A DNA stretch of 63,462 bases, filler included, from Perkinsus chesapeaki ATCC PRA-425 (Eukaryota > Protista > Perkinsozoa): NCBI GenBank assembly GCA_013115145.1. It is 11 parts of 11 records of this genome, joined end to end, with 100 filler letters (N's around TTAATTAATTAA, not from the genome) between each part and the next. Parts side by side here need not be neighbours in the genome. Positions count along the whole stretch, not along the records: positions 52,743 to 61,502 come from JAAPAO010000957.1; positions 61,603 to 63,462 come from JAAPAO010001755.1; 9 more parts are not named here. One strand, given 5' to 3'. Shown piece after piece: positions 60,101 to 63,462 of the stretch (its first letter is position 1; each line of letters opens with the position of its first letter). The notes beneath the pieces are model-generated. The model made no database searches, had not been told where the DNA came from, and saw only the letters and a program-made list of their open reading frames with translations. A program made the position numbers and the translations under genes.

Positions 60101-61502
60101 TTGAGACCATCCACTACCCATAATAATGCCGCTATCAAGAGAGACTTCGTAGTGATGGCCAGACTCAGCAATGCTGAGGCATCGAGTTACCACCAAGTTG
60201 TGAACGACCTATACTCTCTTGGGTTTGTTATTCCAGCTCGTCTTGATACTACCACCGGTGCCGACTCCAGACTCCCCAAGATTTCTACACTGATACCCGC
60301 CTTTCCGGTATTCCGGGAGGACTCCAAGACATCTAGAACCAGACTGGTCCTGGATTGTAAATACCTCAACGGTTTCCTCAAAGTTGGGCGCCAGGCTAAC
60401 GACTTGACCTACCCCGAGACTTTGTGGAGTAACCTTGCTTTATGTCGCACTGCGAGAGCCTTAGTGGTTGACGACATCTCCAAAGCCTACCACCAAATCA
60501 TGCTAGATGACGAAGCTGATCGTCGCCATTTTGGAATGGTAGCATGCGGCCGAGTTGGTATGTGGGTATCTACAGTCTTTGGGGCCACGTATTCACCATC
60601 GGCCCTGTTACAAGCCAACAGAGCAGTTCTTACCCTACGCGATTTCGAGACCGGCCACATCAGTCGTGCCGAGGCGTGTGCCGATCCAGTATGCAGCAGT
60701 CTTATCTCTCAGTTCGAGAAGAACATGAAGCTATGGGTCTGTCCAAGAAATGAAACATCTTCTCACGCCGAGGCCAACACGTCGTCCATCAACCATCATG
60801 TTTCCCTTCGTCAATATACTGCCATCTACGTCGATGACGGCCAGACTCGTGGGACGACCAAGGAAGAGGCGCTTGACAGAGCGAACTCCTTCACTGGTGC
60901 ACAATCCGGTCATGGTTTCCAGTCCAACCTAGCTAAGCGAAGTGTCAGTTGGGGCCCACCTACTGTGACAAAATATCTCGGGTATGTTTGGCATACTGGC
61001 GACTACTGCGATGAGTTCCTTCCTACTTTCCGAGTACCTGAGGGGATAAACCTCGAGGAACCCCCCTCCAGCCTCACTCGTCGACAACTATTCGCTCTTT
61101 GCCAGGGCCTATATGATCCCCTTGGTATGGCGTCGGAGTTCTCCCTATGTCTGAGATACTTCATGGCTACATATTATGCTACCGGCTCCACCGACGAGGC
61201 TGACAAGTCGAACGATCTTTGGGATTCCCGTATCGACCCCGAAGGTGCTACAAACGTGCTCGCCTTTTGCCGGACACTCAGCACGGTCAAGATAGCCTTT
61301 CCCAGATTTGTCGACATCAGCAACGTATTGGTTTTCACCGACGCCAGCGTCACCGCTGGTCACACCACTATACTCTGCCCAACCACTGTAGCCAATAGTG
61401 ACAAGTTTTACCGCAAGCTAGTCGGCAAGGGACGTCTTTGGTCCACTCGAACCAGCCAGGCCCGCTGGTCGATTCCCAAAAAGGAGCTTGTATCCTTCTT
61501 TG
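57167..61502 (+). mobile_element. BEL/Pao LTR retrotransposon gag-pol (uninterrupted to contig end)
   Basis: Three CCHC knuckles, protease LVDSG, RT motifs TRLVLDC / DISKAY / VFGATYSP / YVDD, Pao-type LYDPLG, RNase H FTDAS and SIPKKEL. Confidence 0.92.
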
Positions 61503-61698
61503 NNNNNNNNNNNNNNNNNNNNNNNNNNNNNNNNNNNNNNNNNNNNTTAATTAATTAANNNNNNNNNNNNNNNNNNNNNNNNNNNNNNNNNNNNNNNNNN
61601 NNAGCCTAGCTTTAGCTATAACACAGAATCATCTTTGTCGGGGCGCGCGCCAACATTGTGCGCTCCACGACAACAGGGCCCCGTTACAGGATAACGGT

Positions 61699-62134
61699 GA
61701 TCCGATCACCGTGGATTAGCACGTAGAGTGCCACTGATCCGCTGAGGGATCCTTGAGATGGATCAGGAGCTTGATCCGATGGTTGATCTGAATCAGAGGA
61801 TGATCTGCCAGGGCAAAATGGATCACGGATCAACGAAATTTCTCAAAGCCCTTGAGAATTTCTCAGCCCATTGATCCATGGACCCAAGTTTTTTCTCAAG
61901 GACCACGGATCAGGGTCAAAAACGAGGATCACACGAGATCCAGATCACAGGTCAGAGATCAGTCTCAAAGTTCAGGGTTTGAGATCAAGATTAAAGGATC
62001 AGGATCGAAGATCACGGATCGAGATCAAGGATCATGGATCTGGCTCAAGCATTTCGGATCACGATTGATTTGTCTCAGTCAAGAAGATCACTGAGTGATC
62101 CGGATCATCGGCTTCATCCATGGATCAGGATCCG
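61699..62134. repeat. GATC-dense low-complexity tract
   Basis: 30 GATC sites counted by hand in about 435 bp, versus about 2 expected. Confidence 0.9.
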
Positions 62135-62450
62135 CATACCGGCCCAGGAAACAATGGGGTTGGATTCGGCTAAGAATAGGCTCCGCAAGGCTATTAATTG
62201 ACGGTGTAAGCCCTATTGGGTATAATTACGAATTAGTTTCAGTGCCGAACTAAGTTCAACACAAGTCAATTTTGTATTGCGCGAAGAGTGTCCGTTGTCC
62301 AAGAGAAAAGTGCCTTTTTGGCGGCTAACGTCCATTCAAATAAATAAAGAATGTACTTCGGATAACCTGCTATTCGGGGATAATATAAAAGAAAGGTCGA
62401 GCAATCCGGCCAGCGAGCAGTAGTGACAACCCCACCACGGTGTGGCTGAT

Positions 62451-62879
62451 TCACCCAACAACGTGAAGCCTTATCGGGGCTGATGCTTCGTAGAGGTAAT
62501 GAGATTCGCATTCGTCTCTGTGATACATACCCAAGTAATACCCAGTGGTCATACCACCATGTGTTAACAACTGTGAGAAACAGTCTTTTTTCACATCTCT
62601 ACAATTGTAAGCTACGTACTGAGTGAATTCAAACACGAACTCGCAATCGGCACAGCTGAATGCCACACCATCACTTCTTGTAAATGTCAGGTCCGAAGTG
62701 AAGGCAGCGCCGCTTTGACGCGTTACCACCACCTCGTAACCTATACCACCAAGTGTTCCGTAGTAGATGCCATCTTGATACTCGCAGTCGCAACCCATCA
62801 GGTAAACGGACATCACCCATGTATTAGTCGCCCAAATGAAGAGTACAAAAAGTGATTTGATATGGCCGGCAACAGTCAT
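62451..62879 (-). CDS. Small secreted Cys-containing hypothetical protein
   Basis: Hydrophobic N-terminus (LFVLFIWATNTWVMSVYLMG), GIYYG motif and several Cys. Confidence 0.55.
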   Translation of the reverse strand: MTVAGHIKSLFVLFIWATNTWVMSVYLMGCDCEYQDGIYYGTLGGIGYEVVVTRQSGAAFTSDLTFTRSDGVAFSCADCEFVFEFTQYVAYNCRDVKKDCFSQLLTHGGMTTGYYLGMYHRDECESHYLYEASAPIRLHVVG

Positions 62880-63462
62880 CGATTATTTTAACAATTCTAC
62901 AACAAAGTGGAGATGAGGAGGGAGTAACAGAATGGTATATCTATTATACTGATAAATGATGGTGAGATGCCACCAATCTGGAGTCGAAAGAAGTGGAGTA
63001 TAACCCTGAAGTGGTATATCAATTGAACGGAGTTTCGATATTAGTTCTAAGTTAAATACGAAGGATTCTACGGGGGTAAAACCTCTTGCGTGGGGACATC
63101 CTTTGTGTGCGGTCGTTGACAGGCTCGTACACTACTCAACGCAATCCCCCCTACGCTATGCTGTCCCTCCTCCGCTGCACGTGTAAGGCCGGCGGCGGGA
63201 GTCACAAGGTCTGGCTTTGGCCGACAATTTTTTTGGTGGTATCTCATCTTTTCCGGGCCATGTCCCGAAGCTGGGAGCTTTCTCCCCTCCTCCCGCTAGA
63301 GGTTATTCTTGTCAAGAATTCGTTGACTATATCTGTTATACCCTTGCAGGATCTGCTTGTCTTTTTCGCTTTTTTTCCTTCCTGCTATACCCGACGACCC
63401 TTCCGGCGCGTCCGCTGCCTCTGTTGCTTCGGCGGCGTCTTCGTCCCCTTCCAATCTTGGTG

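Noticed and set aside
2207-61602. Recurrent N-flanked TTAATTAATTAA palindrome as a biological repeat
   Set aside because: The identical 44N-12-44N layout with stops in all six frames is a contig-joining linker. ORFs ending in ...XXLIN are artefacts.
62038-62049. ATCTGGCTCAAG match to the spliced-leader 3' end (also TTGGCTCAAG at 9298-9307)
   Set aside because: Short matches, the first partly created by the GATC-rich context. No GT donor follows and the SL 5' part is absent.

Overview
Eukaryotic, intron-rich genomic DNA. It is most likely a Perkinsus-type alveolate, inferred from the many ~45-60 nt introns, A1 and S28 proteases and Cys-rich secreted proteins. The window is not one locus: it is 11 unrelated contigs joined by artificial 100-bp linkers (44N-TTAATTAATTAA-44N) at 2207, 30915, 32505, 34736, 39904, 42277, 45803, 50421, 52643 and 61503, plus one plain N gap at 49974-50064. 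Host genes recognised: a pepsin-family aspartyl protease, an S28 serine peptidase, RAD50, UBA2/SAE2, the 3' end of a Pol theta-like family-A polymerase, WDR82/Swd2, two copies of a Cys-module/Thr-rich mucin-like gene, tRNA-Ile(UAU), tRNA-Ser(CGA) and tRNA-Met(CAU). The rest is a dense mobilome: Gypsy-type integrases and LTRs, a long open BEL/Pao gag-pol, an RTE-like LINE fragment, Tc1, MULE and hAT(BED) remnants, and four distinct tyrosine-recombinase (DIRS/Ngaro-like) retroelement pieces. The strongest leads are: (1) a young YR retrotransposon with a B1-A2-B2 split-direct-repeat end carrying telomere-like G4 repeats, ending 42 bp from a terminator-less tRNA-Met; (2) a noncoding array of two alternating conserved hairpins with variable structured spacers between tRNA genes and an LTR; (3) an env-position glycoprotein ORF directly before a PPT+LTR; (4) a transposase-less 2.1-kb TIR element; (5) a 30-site GATC cluster.
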